This document shows positions 28,218 to 38,300 of a DNA stretch of 64,000 nt, piece by piece. The notes beneath the pieces were generated by a model that saw only the letters and a list, made by a program, of their open reading frames with translations, made no database searches and was not told the origin of the DNA. Source of the stretch: a virus (lineage: Duplodnaviria > Caudoviricetes). The translations under genes and the position numbers were made by a program. Where the stretch lies: IMG/VR virus record IMGVR_UViG_3300010283_000006, positions 4,007 to 68,006 of that record; one strand, given 5' to 3'. Within the stretch, counting starts at the first letter, position 1. Each line of letters starts with the position of its first letter.

Positions 28218-29552
28218 TTGGAGATAAGATTTAACGGCAAAGAGTATTTTTTTGGTAGAAAGCCTAAAGTACCGCAAAGAGAAACATCTATTATGTATTA
28301 TGGTGGTAGTGGTTATACTGTCAATCACTTAGACGTTGCCTTTAATAAAGAAATGTCTGCAACCACTTTGCGTAAGTTTGCTCAAATGCCAGTAGTTCGT
28401 AGGGCAATTAACATTACTAAAAATACACTATTTAATTGTCCGTGGAGTATTTCAAAGAGAGATATTAACAATGACGTTGATTTTAGTAATGAGATTAATA
28501 CTCTGACAAGATGTTTAGAAAGACCTAATAATGGTGATAGTTTTAGAAGTCTTATGGGTGCAACTATTGAAGATATTCTGACAGGTGACTGTGGAGCTAT
28601 TGAAGTTTGTATGAGTGATGATAATAGTAGACCTATTTGGTTATATCCTGTTGATGGTTTTACTTTAGAAGTTTGTACAAAGCAAGTATTAAATCCCAAA
28701 GACATTAAATACAAACAAAGAAAGACTAATGGTGGTTATGTTGATTTGGCTAATGAAGATATTATGTATTTCAACATGAACAATTATAGTTATACGCCTT
28801 TAGGAACTTCACCAGTAGAGCAAGCTTTTATGATTATCCAATATCTGTTAAATGCTCAACGATATGCAGGAACAGTAGCTAGTAATGCTATTCCTAAATA
28901 TCTTCTGAATTTAGGAGAAAACGCAGACCAAAACACAATTACTAAGTTCAGAAAATACTTTGAAGAAGAAATCTATGGTAGTGGCAAAACTCCTATCGTT
29001 GGTGGTAGTAAGGGTATTGCTACTGAACAGTTAAGTGCTAGTGATGATAATGGTTTATATCTGCAATGGCAACATTTTCTGATTACTATTATTTCATATA
29101 CTTTTAACATTGACCCTAAGAGATTAAACGAAGGTAGTCAGACTGATAGAAGTACAGTAGCTGAACAGAAAGAGAATATTCTTGATGAAGCTATTAAGCC
29201 TTTAGCTAAAGTTATTGAGGAAAATATCAATGCTAAAGTTTTAGGCAGAGTAAACTTAGACAATGTTTTGATTTTCAAATTTCATTTTGAAGATAATGAA
29301 ACTAGAAAGAAAGCTAAGTCTGATAGAGTTTTAGCTGAATTTAATGCAGATATTCTTACTTTAAATGAAGCTAGACAGTTGTTAGGTTACGAAAAGGTTA
29401 GTGATAAAGAACTTAAAGAATATGGTGATATGTTGAAATCTCAATATAAGACAGCACTCAACACTAAATACGCTAAAGAAACACAAGGTGCTGGTGGTTA
29501 TAATGGCGTAGGTAAAGATAGATACGATGGTAATAAAAAAGAAGGTGATTAA
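28218..29552 (+). CDS. Portal protein
   Basis: Follows TerL; WLYPVDG, GTSPVEQA and LNEARQLLG portal-type motifs. Confidence 0.88.
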   Translation: MEIRFNGKEYFFGRKPKVPQRETSIMYYGGSGYTVNHLDVAFNKEMSATTLRKFAQMPVVRRAINITKNTLFNCPWSISKRDINNDVDFSNEINTLTRCLERPNNGDSFRSLMGATIEDILTGDCGAIEVCMSDDNSRPIWLYPVDGFTLEVCTKQVLNPKDIKYKQRKTNGGYVDLANEDIMYFNMNNYSYTPLGTSPVEQAFMIIQYLLNAQRYAGTVASNAIPKYLLNLGENADQNTITKFRKYFEEEIYGSGKTPIVGGSKGIATEQLSASDDNGLYLQWQHFLITIISYTFNIDPKRLNEGSQTDRSTVAEQKENILDEAIKPLAKVIEENINAKVLGRVNLDNVLIFKFHFEDNETRKKAKSDRVLAEFNADILTLNEARQLLGYEKVSDKELKEYGDMLKSQYKTALNTKYAKETQGAGGYNGVGKDRYDGNKKEGD

Positions 29553-29620
29553 TCATAAGTGAATTACAAGTAAATTTTAGTAGTTTTAATTTTGCTGACA
29601 GTGATAATCACATCAATAAA

Positions 29621-30481
29621 ATGCCTTTTAGTGGTATTTGCTTAAAAGCTGATACTCCTAGTGATGGTATTCCATGTGGTAGTGATAAACCTGTTGCTTT
29701 TTCAGCTTCTGCAATTACTAAAGCTAGTCAATCTTTCGTTGGTATGGGAGTTAATTGCGTTTACGATAATTGGGATAGACCTAATCGAGCTTTAACCGGG
29801 CATGATACACGATTTAAGATTGGTGTAGTAGAAAATGCAGATTTAACTGCTGATGGATTAAATGTCAGTGGTTGTTTATGGAAACGTGATTTTAATGATG
29901 TATGTTTCCAAATTAAAAACGCAAAAGATAGTTTAGGTTTCTCCGTTGAAGTCATTGTAAATGATATGACTGACAAGGGAGATTTTTATTTAGTGGAAGA
30001 TTTTGCCTTTACTGGCGTTGCAATCTTATACAAAAATCTCGCCGCTTTTAAAGAAACTCAATTAGTGGCACAAAAAAGAAAGGAAGTTGATAATACTATG
30101 AATGAACAACAATTTCAAACTTTCATGGACGCTGTAAATGGTATTGGCGAATCTATGAAAACCGCTATGTCTGCTATGGACGCAAAACTTGATGAACTCA
30201 ACAAGAAAGAAGTAAAAGTTGATTTTGCAGAAGTAACTACTGCTGTAAATGAGATGAAAGCAGAATTTGCCAAAGTAAATACCAAAGTTGAACAAAAGGA
30301 AGAAAAAGCTCCTGAACAAAAAACAGAGGGCATGAACTTTGTAGGTAAAAATGATAATAAAGAAAAAACTCTTGCTGAAATCTGCAAAGAGATTGACGAA
30401 AATCCGTCTATTTCCTTTAACGATAAAGCGCAAGCTAAGATGAAAGCATTTGCTGATTCTATGAAAATTAAAGCTAACTAA
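29621..30481 (+). CDS. Prohead protease/scaffold
   Basis: H..RFKIGVV, GFSVE, FTGVAIL..AAF protease-like N-terminus; coiled-coil C-terminus. Confidence 0.7.
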   Translation: MPFSGICLKADTPSDGIPCGSDKPVAFSASAITKASQSFVGMGVNCVYDNWDRPNRALTGHDTRFKIGVVENADLTADGLNVSGCLWKRDFNDVCFQIKNAKDSLGFSVEVIVNDMTDKGDFYLVEDFAFTGVAILYKNLAAFKETQLVAQKRKEVDNTMNEQQFQTFMDAVNGIGESMKTAMSAMDAKLDELNKKEVKVDFAEVTTAVNEMKAEFAKVNTKVEQKEEKAPEQKTEGMNFVGKNDNKEKTLAEICKEIDENPSISFNDKAQAKMKAFADSMKIKAN

Positions 30482-30511
30482 TTTAGATAGAAGAAAGAAG
30501 GTAGATAATTA

Positions 30512-31483
30512 ATGTCTAATGCACAATTTATGAGTTTTACTGAAGCTGGTACTAAGACTGGTAATGGTTTTATCCAAGTTCCTGTATTTGAAAAAGAAAT
30601 CCTTGATATGGTAGGTAAGCGTGGTACAATGCTTTCTCGTATTAAAGCACGTCCTGCTACTGGTAATCCTACTCGTTATTTTGAAAAACAACCTGCTGAC
30701 AAAACCGCAGCTTTCCAAGACCCGCATAACCTGAAAGCAAATAAGTATAACGTAAAACGTGTAGATAAATCTGCATTTATTAAAGCAATTACCAATGAGA
30801 TTGAGTTCTCTCACTTTGACCGTGAAGTTGGTGCTCAACAGGGTATTTACAAAGGTTTGACTACTGAAGATGTTCAGGATATGGTAACTGATTTGCTGAC
30901 CTTGCAGGACGAAAAACTGTGGACTGGTAATGATACTAAACTGTCCGAAGCAACTACTAATGAATATGTTGGTTTGCTGACACAGCTCACTCAAACCTCT
31001 GCTATCGCTGATGGTGTAAAGATTGTTGATGCTATTCGTTCTGAAATTGCTAACTTGTCTGCTCGTAAAGATTATGACGTTAAACCTTCCGTTATCGTTG
31101 TTAATCCGATTACCTATGATTTGATTGAACAGGAAGAACAAGCACGTCCGACTAACTACAAACATTACGAAGTTACTATGACTGCTGGCGTTAAAGTTAT
31201 TGGTGTAATGACTGCTATGGGTGTACTGCCGATTATCGCTGACCCTTATCTGCCGTTGGACACTACCACTACTGAAGGTTCTACTATTCACAAAATTGCT
31301 ATTCTGTCTGAAAACCTGCTGACACGTTATTATGTTGGTTCTGCTAATCCTCGTATTTTCGCTTTCGGTATTCAAGATGAATCTCTGAATGAAAAATATA
31401 TGGCTCTGCAATATGGCTGTATTGTAGCTAAGGGTGCTGAATACGCTCATACAATTCTGACTAAAACTGTTAAAAATGCCTAA
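30512..31483 (+). CDS. Major capsid protein
   Basis: Position, size and high-expression codon bias (ctg, ggt, act); followed by a terminator. Confidence 0.85.
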   Translation: MSNAQFMSFTEAGTKTGNGFIQVPVFEKEILDMVGKRGTMLSRIKARPATGNPTRYFEKQPADKTAAFQDPHNLKANKYNVKRVDKSAFIKAITNEIEFSHFDREVGAQQGIYKGLTTEDVQDMVTDLLTLQDEKLWTGNDTKLSEATTNEYVGLLTQLTQTSAIADGVKIVDAIRSEIANLSARKDYDVKPSVIVVNPITYDLIEQEEQARPTNYKHYEVTMTAGVKVIGVMTAMGVLPIIADPYLPLDTTTTEGSTIHKIAILSENLLTRYYVGSANPRIFAFGIQDESLNEKYMALQYGCIVAKGAEYAHTILTKTVKNA

Positions 31484-31510
31484 GAGTGGAGATAATTCCA
31501 CTCTTTTATT
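31482..31510 (+). terminator. Terminator after capsid gene
   Basis: AAGAGTGGA-gataat-TCCACTCTT plus T-rich tail. Confidence 0.75.
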
Positions 31511-31530
31511 TTAACTAAAAAGGAGAAATA

Positions 31531-31749
31531 ATGGCTAGACCTAGAAAAGTAGTAGAAGAACAAGTAAATAAAACTGCTCCTGTTTCTGTTGCTAAAAATG
31601 CAGATGAAAGAGTAGCAGTAGAGTTGAAAGATAAGAATTTGAAAACATATACAGTATATCTTCCTTATGGTTTTGTTAAATTTGAAGATGGCAAGGCTTC
31701 TGTTTTACCGAAAACTAGAGATATTTTGAAAAATATGGGAGTGATTTAA
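31531..31749 (+). CDS. Small head-associated protein
   Basis: AAGGAG RBS; position after MCP. Confidence 0.55.
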   Translation: MARPRKVVEEQVNKTAPVSVAKNADERVAVELKDKNLKTYTVYLPYGFVKFEDGKASVLPKTRDILKNMGVI

Positions 31750-31750
31750 T

Positions 31751-32329
31751 ATGTCGCAATACATTACAGAAGAAGAAATTCCTAAGTATTGTGCTTCACA
31801 AGCTGGTGTAGAAGTTGGCGATTTAATTATTGCTTCACAACTTATTGATGGTTATATCGGTAAATCGTTTGATGTGCAAGAGGTTTCTGAAACTGTTAAT
31901 GTAAATGCTAAACATAGAGGTAAATTAAAACATTATCCGATTGTTGAGATTAAGTCACTTACAGAGATAATGATTACTCCTTTAGGCGTTAATAAACAAG
32001 AGGTTAATATTGACAATATTGTATTAGACGCTGATAATGATGGTTATTTCTACTATATCAGTAGTAGTAAATCGCCATTTGCATTTATTCCATATGGTTT
32101 CTGTGAATACGAACCGAAAGCACAGAGATTAGAAGTATCTTACTCTTATGGTTACGATGTAATTCCCGAAGAAATCAAAGTAGTTTGTGGTATGTTAGCT
32201 CAAAACATTAGACAATTACAAAGTTTTGTAGGTTTTAAGAGATTAAATACTCTTGATTATACTGTTGAAATGGCTAATCCTTCATTCTTTACACAAGATA
32301 TGAAATTGATTTTAGATAAGTTCAGGTGA
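31751..32329 (+). CDS. Head-tail adaptor
   Basis: YITEEE...SQLIDGYIG...YSYGYDVIPEEIK pattern. Confidence 0.7.
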   Translation: MSQYITEEEIPKYCASQAGVEVGDLIIASQLIDGYIGKSFDVQEVSETVNVNAKHRGKLKHYPIVEIKSLTEIMITPLGVNKQEVNIDNIVLDADNDGYFYYISSSKSPFAFIPYGFCEYEPKAQRLEVSYSYGYDVIPEEIKVVCGMLAQNIRQLQSFVGFKRLNTLDYTVEMANPSFFTQDMKLILDKFR

Positions 32330-32333
32330 TGTT

Positions 32334-32903
32334 ATGAATTTACAAGGTTTTTTCACAAAAGAAGATTTTGATATTTATAGCACAGACGGAACTTTAAAAG
32401 CTACTGAACCGATGCACTTAACTAGACAGGGTATTAGTAATAATGACTTTGCTCATACTCACAAGTATAAAGGTTTATTATTAACAGATACAGTTTTAGA
32501 AGAAGGTGATTTAGTAGTATCTAAATCAGATGAAAAATTTCTGACAACATCTGTACGAAGAATTATATTTATGAATACCAATCAGGCTAATTTATGGCGT
32601 TGTGATTATGAATGTTCGATTATGCGTTTAGAAGATAAGTTTATTGGTACTAACAAAGCTGGTACAGAGCTGGTTGTTCTAAAAGACCATATCCCTTGTG
32701 TTCAGAAAGATACTAATGCTAAAATGCAATTCTTTGATGGTGGTTTACTGGAAGGTACAATCAAATTGGTTTATTTACAGGCTATGGATATTAAACTTGC
32801 TGACAGATTGGTAATCAACGAAGTTAGTTATCAGATTAATTCTATTGATACATCTGTAAAAGGTTTAATGTGTATTCAGTTGGCAGAGGATAAACGTAAA
32901 TGA
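32334..32903 (+). CDS. Head closure protein
   Basis: Position and beta-rich composition. Confidence 0.55.
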   Translation: MNLQGFFTKEDFDIYSTDGTLKATEPMHLTRQGISNNDFAHTHKYKGLLLTDTVLEEGDLVVSKSDEKFLTTSVRRIIFMNTNQANLWRCDYECSIMRLEDKFIGTNKAGTELVVLKDHIPCVQKDTNAKMQFFDGGLLEGTIKLVYLQAMDIKLADRLVINEVSYQINSIDTSVKGLMCIQLAEDKRK

Positions 32904-33520
32904 TTAGTGCTATATCAGCTCAAAAGATTGTATTAAAAGCTATCAGAAAAGTATTAGCTGAAGAAGCAGATATAATTACGTCACAGGTTTATATGGATTG
33001 GGCGCAGTATGGTAATTGGAAATTAGGTAATGCAGAAATCGAAAAACAAAAAGTTATTCACGATGAAGCTAAAAGGTTGCTTAATTTAGTATTCTATGCA
33101 AAAGGACAAAGAGCATTAATAGCTGAATATGGCAAAGGTTCTAAATTAGATAGAACTAATCCAGCATTACAAGAATATCTTAACGGCACTGTATTTAACA
33201 GAGATAGATTAAAGTTTAATTTAGCTACTGCAAGTCGAGTTAAGGATGGTAATGGTGAATTTTATTATGATTTAGATGGCAAACCGCATAGAAAAGGAAC
33301 TACCAAATTAAGAAACAGAGAAACAGGTTTAGACGAACATGGAAATGTAGTTGATAGGAGCGTAAATCCTGCTTATAAACCTATTGAACCTAGACATATC
33401 GTTGCACAAGCAATAAGGCAAAGATTAAATATTATATGTATGAAAATTATCACGGCTGTTGTTGCTAGTAATTTTGCGACATTTATGATTAATGGATTAA
33501 GGTTAAAGGTGACATTATGA
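32900..33520 (+). CDS. Neck/tail-completion protein
   Basis: Position; EYGKG motif as in HK97 gp10-like proteins. Confidence 0.55.
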   Translation: MISAISAQKIVLKAIRKVLAEEADIITSQVYMDWAQYGNWKLGNAEIEKQKVIHDEAKRLLNLVFYAKGQRALIAEYGKGSKLDRTNPALQEYLNGTVFNRDRLKFNLATASRVKDGNGEFYYDLDGKPHRKGTTKLRNRETGLDEHGNVVDRSVNPAYKPIEPRHIVAQAIRQRLNIICMKIITAVVASNFATFMINGLRLKVTL

Positions 33521-33942
33521 TAGATAGTTTTCAGTTATTAGATGATATATTCGATTGGTGTATAGCTGATGAAGAATTTTGTGAGATTATTGGAATAGAT
33601 AATACTCTAACAGGTAATCAGTTATTAGTTAATCAAAACAATAAATTAAGGCGTGAATATCAGACTGATGATGTAATTAAACCTGATGATGTTCCGTTTA
33701 TTAGTTATTATTTTATGCACTCCGAAAAAGCTAAAACAAATTGGATGGTTAATATTGGTGATTTGTATATTGATATTTACGCAAATACAATGTATAAGAT
33801 TAGTCAAATTTCAAGATGTTTTAGAAGAATATTAGCTGAACATATGGAAACGATGTTGAATTATGAAGGACAGCATTATTCAGGTGTAAATGGTGTGTAT
33901 AAATACAGATTAATATATAATCCATTGATTGATGGTGAATAA
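33517..33942 (+). CDS. Tail terminator
   Basis: Position before major tail; IDIYA motif. Confidence 0.55.
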   Translation: MIDSFQLLDDIFDWCIADEEFCEIIGIDNTLTGNQLLVNQNNKLRREYQTDDVIKPDDVPFISYYFMHSEKAKTNWMVNIGDLYIDIYANTMYKISQISRCFRRILAEHMETMLNYEGQHYSGVNGVYKYRLIYNPLIDGE

Positions 33943-33951
33943 AGAAAGGTT

Positions 33952-34722
33952 GTGTTAAATTTGGCAAATGTAAAAAGTAATAATCTCGTACTTCATGGTG
34001 TAGGTGAAGCGTTTTTGTTGTCTGCTGATGGTAGTATTGCTGGTCGACTGTCTAAACTGCAATCTATGTCCATTGAAGTATCTTCCGAGAGTGAAGATGT
34101 TTATGGTGGTGACAGTCTGTTCCCTATTTTTAACTATATTAAATCTAAAACAGCTACATTTAAATTCAAAAATGCTACAATGGATATGAATGTACTTGCT
34201 GTTACACAAGGTACTGTTGTAGAGGGTAATGGCGAAGTAAATGCCGTAGAAACTCTTGTGGTAAAGGGTAATAAAGCTAATCTTTCTGCTACTACTGGTG
34301 TAGATTTAGAAAGTGTAGTTGTTATTGCTGATGGTAAGGCTTTAAAAAGAGCTACAAGTCCCACTACATCTGACCAGTTCTCTGTTACCGAAACTGGCGC
34401 ATTAACTTTTGCTATTGGCTTTACTAATACTACTATTGAAGTAAGTTATGTATATAAAGTAACAGATGGTTCTACTGTAAATGTATTGACTAATGATGTT
34501 CCTGGTTTTGTTGAACTCCGTCATACTTCTGCACCTGTAAAACTTCCTGATGGTAGAAAAGTACAACTGCATACTCGTGTATACAAAGCAGTATGTGATG
34601 GTGGTTTTAATCTTGAATATACTCGTGATGGTGCTGTTGCTCCTGAAGTAACTTTCAAGTCTGTTGACCCTGAACGTCCTGATAAGCGTTTCGTAACTTA
34701 TTCTTTGACCGAAGTAAAATAA
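33952..34722 (+). CDS. Major tail tube protein (start may be TTG 33961)
   Basis: Position, high-expression codon bias, followed by chaperones and TMP; no sheath gene. Confidence 0.8.
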   Translation: MLNLANVKSNNLVLHGVGEAFLLSADGSIAGRLSKLQSMSIEVSSESEDVYGGDSLFPIFNYIKSKTATFKFKNATMDMNVLAVTQGTVVEGNGEVNAVETLVVKGNKANLSATTGVDLESVVVIADGKALKRATSPTTSDQFSVTETGALTFAIGFTNTTIEVSYVYKVTDGSTVNVLTNDVPGFVELRHTSAPVKLPDGRKVQLHTRVYKAVCDGGFNLEYTRDGAVAPEVTFKSVDPERPDKRFVTYSLTEVK

Positions 34723-34788
34723 TTCAAAGAAAGATAGGAGTGTTATCGTATATGGTAGCACTCCATTTTTTAATCTAAGGAGATAAAC

Positions 34789-35148
34789 ATGGAAGAAAAT
34801 AAAGTTATTGACCCTTTTACAGCATACGAAGATGTTATGTGTAGGGATGGAGTAAAACGTAGAGTTTACCCAGCTAAATTAAAATACAAAGATTTAATTA
34901 GAAAACTCACGCCTAAGTTCAATGATATTTTTATTCTTGAAAATATTATTACTGATGGTGCTAACGATACAGAAGTTGATGAAGCATGGAACGCTATGCT
35001 AGATTTGTTATTCCTTGCTTTTGACGAAAAATACACCAAAGAAGAAATTACTGAATGGTTAGACTTAGATAGTGTACCCAAGGTATTTGAAATTTTTTAT
35101 GGCTTGTCTAGTTTAAAAAAAAAGCAAGCAATGATGATGAAACAGTAG
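34789..35148 (+). CDS. Tail assembly chaperone (short form)
   Basis: Between MTP and TMP; ends just past slippery A AAA AAG at 35118-35124. Confidence 0.8.
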   Translation: MEENKVIDPFTAYEDVMCRDGVKRRVYPAKLKYKDLIRKLTPKFNDIFILENIITDGANDTEVDEAWNAMLDLLFLAFDEKYTKEEITEWLDLDSVPKVFEIFYGLSSLKKKQAMMMKQ

Positions 35149-35360
35149 AAACAGAGTGGGATAAGTTATACGCAAGTATCATTCAAAACACTTCTATGAC
35201 GATGAAAGATGTAGTTAATCTTTCTATTCCACAACTAGAATATTTATTAGATGGTTGTAGTAAAAACAATAAAGATATTGAAAAAGATAGTAGTGAACAT
35301 AATACTTTTGAAGGTGCTGATGCTATTCAATATCTGATTGATAGTGGAGAAGTCAAATAA
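35121..35360 (+). CDS. -1 frameshift extension of tail assembly chaperone
   Basis: Open -1 frame K-ASNDDETVETEWDKLYASII...GEVK ending TAA 35358-35360. Confidence 0.75.
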   Translation, partial: KASNDDETVETEWDKLYASIIQNTSMTMKDVVNLSIPQLEYLLDGCSKNNKDIEKDSSEHNTFEGADAIQYLIDSGEVK

Positions 35361-35373
35361 AGAAGGTGAATGA

Positions 35374-38300
35374 ATGTCAGTTACAGTAGATAATGTAGCA
35401 AAGATTAGCTTAACTTTAGATACGGCTAATATCTTTAAACAGATTGAGAATATTCAAGAAAAACTCAATAAGTTATCTGTTAAGAATATTAAAGCTAGTA
35501 GAGGTGAGCAAGTCTTTGATGGTATGGTAAAAGGTGCTAAGAAAGCTAAGGAAGAAGCTAAAACTCTGCAACAGGCAGTCCGTGAAGCAGAAAATGCTTA
35601 TTCTAAAGCCTATTATAAAAATAGCACTAATATGTTATGGCAACAATCTGAAGAAGCTAAAAAGTTAGTTGAAAATATTAGGATTGCCAAAACAGCGTTG
35701 ATTGATTTTAATAATGTACGAAAAGCCATAGACGAATCAATTACTGGTAAACAAGCTGGTAAAGTTCAAGATAAAGATTATCAACGTCAGCAAAGAGAAG
35801 CATTAGAACAAGCAAAACAAAATAAACGAGAATTAGAAAAATTAGCTAAACAAGAAGCGCAAGAAAAACAGCGTGTAGAGAGAAAAAAGGCTAAAGAACT
35901 AGCACGTATTCAAAAAGAACAAGTACGCCAAGCTAAAGAACTGGCACAGCAAGAGGTCAAGATAAATAAAGAAAAACAGAAAGAGCTTAAAAGATTAGCA
36001 AAGCAACAAGACAAACTTGACAGTCGCTCTATTACGCAACAGATTAGAGATTTGAAGAAAGAAATGTCTGTAAATTATGCTAAAAATCCAAACTACCTTA
36101 ATAGTTTTGAATTAGAGTTGGATATAAATAAATTACAGAGGTTAATATCCCTAGAAAATGAATATCAGAAAAGAGTTTCTAATCGTCCAAAGAAATTAAA
36201 TGATTTGTCTGATGCTTTTACATATCAAGAGGAAATTTCTAGACGCAGAAAAGATATTCAGAATAAGATGCGTACTATTAGTAATTACTATGGCTCTGAT
36301 GAATACAAAACTGATATTGCTAATGTTCAAAAATTGCAGACTGAATATGATAAGTTAAAAGCTGACTTAAAAGGTGTAGTAGAGAAAAAGCAGGAAGTCA
36401 ATAAGACTAAAATTAAGTCAGATGATGTAGACAATTACTCTAAGAGAATTAAACAGTTAAAAAATGACTTAGAGAAGAAATCGCTCAATAATAAAGATTA
36501 TATTGATAGCGAAGATTATAAAAAGAAAATTGCCGAAATTAAAGAACTGCAAACTGCTTATGATAAGTTGCGTACTGATATTAAAGGGGTAACTAAACAG
36601 GCTAGTGGTTTTAAAAACTATCAGACTGAAATGGATAAAATAGCTAAAGAAGCCGCTAAAGTTTTCCATAAATTAAACTCTAACGATATTCAAACTGGTG
36701 AATATGCGAAGTTGCAAAAAAAATTACATGAATTATCTACTGAATATCAAAGGCTTAATAAAGAGAGTGTTAAATTTAGAAAAGCTATTGGCATTTCTTC
36801 TAGTAGGGGTTTCTATGATTTAAACAGCACTTATGATTATTTCTTAGCTAAATTTAGAAGCAAGGTAACTGCTGGTATTGCTGGAACAGTTGAAAATTAT
36901 GCAATGAACGCTATTCCAAATTTTGTAGAAGCTATGAGTAATTATCAGCAAAATAGAGTAAATTTTGCACAAGTGCTCCCTGATGATTTGGCTAATAATC
37001 AAAAGATAATGAATGACGCTATGCGTGATTTTACTAAAATTGCTAGTGATTATGGTGCAAGCGTACAAGAGGTTACTGAAGCTGGTAGACTTTGGGGAAG
37101 GCAATATAAAGATATATCTATCATTCAAGAATTAGTAAGAAATTCTACCAAATTATCCATTACTGATAATATGAGTTTAATCGAAGTTAACAAAGGCTTA
37201 GAAGCTACTATGCAACAGTATAATGTCCACTTAAAAGACGCTAATGAAGCTCAACAGGCTAGTGGAAAGATTGTTGATACATGGGCAAAATTAGCTGATA
37301 ATGCTGTTGTTACTGCAAGTGATTTAGCGAAAGCAAATGAGCGTTCCGCTGGCGCAGCATATAATGCTGGTATTGGTTTTGATTATCTTAATGCTATGAT
37401 AGCTACAATGTCTAGTGCTACTGGTAAAGCTGGCGGTGAGATTGGTAATAGTATTAGGTCAATGATTGTTTCTATGCAAACAGGCAAAGCTCAAAAATAT
37501 CTTAAAGAAATGAATATCGCCACTAAGGAATTAGGCGAGGATGGGACATTAAAGATGCGTAGTTACGAAAAAGTAATTACAGAAGTAATGCAAAAAATTA
37601 AAAACAGTCCTAAAGATTATTCTGATGCTATTAATGCGTTTAGCGGGGGTAAATTTCAATATAATAACGTAATGGCATTACTGAAAAATTATGATAATAT
37701 GCAGAAAAATTTGCAGACCTCAAAGACTTCTGCTGGTTGGGCAGATGAGCAGGTTGGCTTACAATACGAAACAATTAGTAGACAGTTAAAGGCATTAAAT
37801 GCAGATTTTCAACAACTTATTATTACTTTAGATAAGGCTGGTGCTAGTTCTGTTATTGGTGATTTTATAAGTATATTGAGAACGATTACTCAATTATTTG
37901 CTAGTTTAAATCCTGCTATTATAGAAACTGTGGGTTCTATGGTTAAATTGATAGCTATTACTAAAGGTATGGTAACATTTCTCCCTTACATTAAAATGTT
38001 GTTTTTAGGGTTTACGGAGTGTTTTGCCGTTATGCGTAGCGGTACTACTATTATCAATGCAGTTGCTACTAATACGATAAAATTAGGTAATGCTTTTAAA
38101 ATGTTAAGTATGGCTACTGGTTATATTGGAATAGCCATCGTTGCTTTAACTACATTATATGGATTATATGACAGTTACAGTCAAAAGCAAAAAGAATTAG
38201 CTGATTTAGAAAGTGTTGTTACTAATAAGACAGAACAGAATATTGTTGCTTATCAAAGTAAAGCTAAACAAATTAGTGAATTAAATGATATTATCCAAAA

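Noticed and set aside
30509-31501. 330-aa minus-strand ORF and the other antisense ORFs in the track
   Set aside because: They shadow well-supported plus-strand genes, lack RBSs and read as antisense of biased codons.
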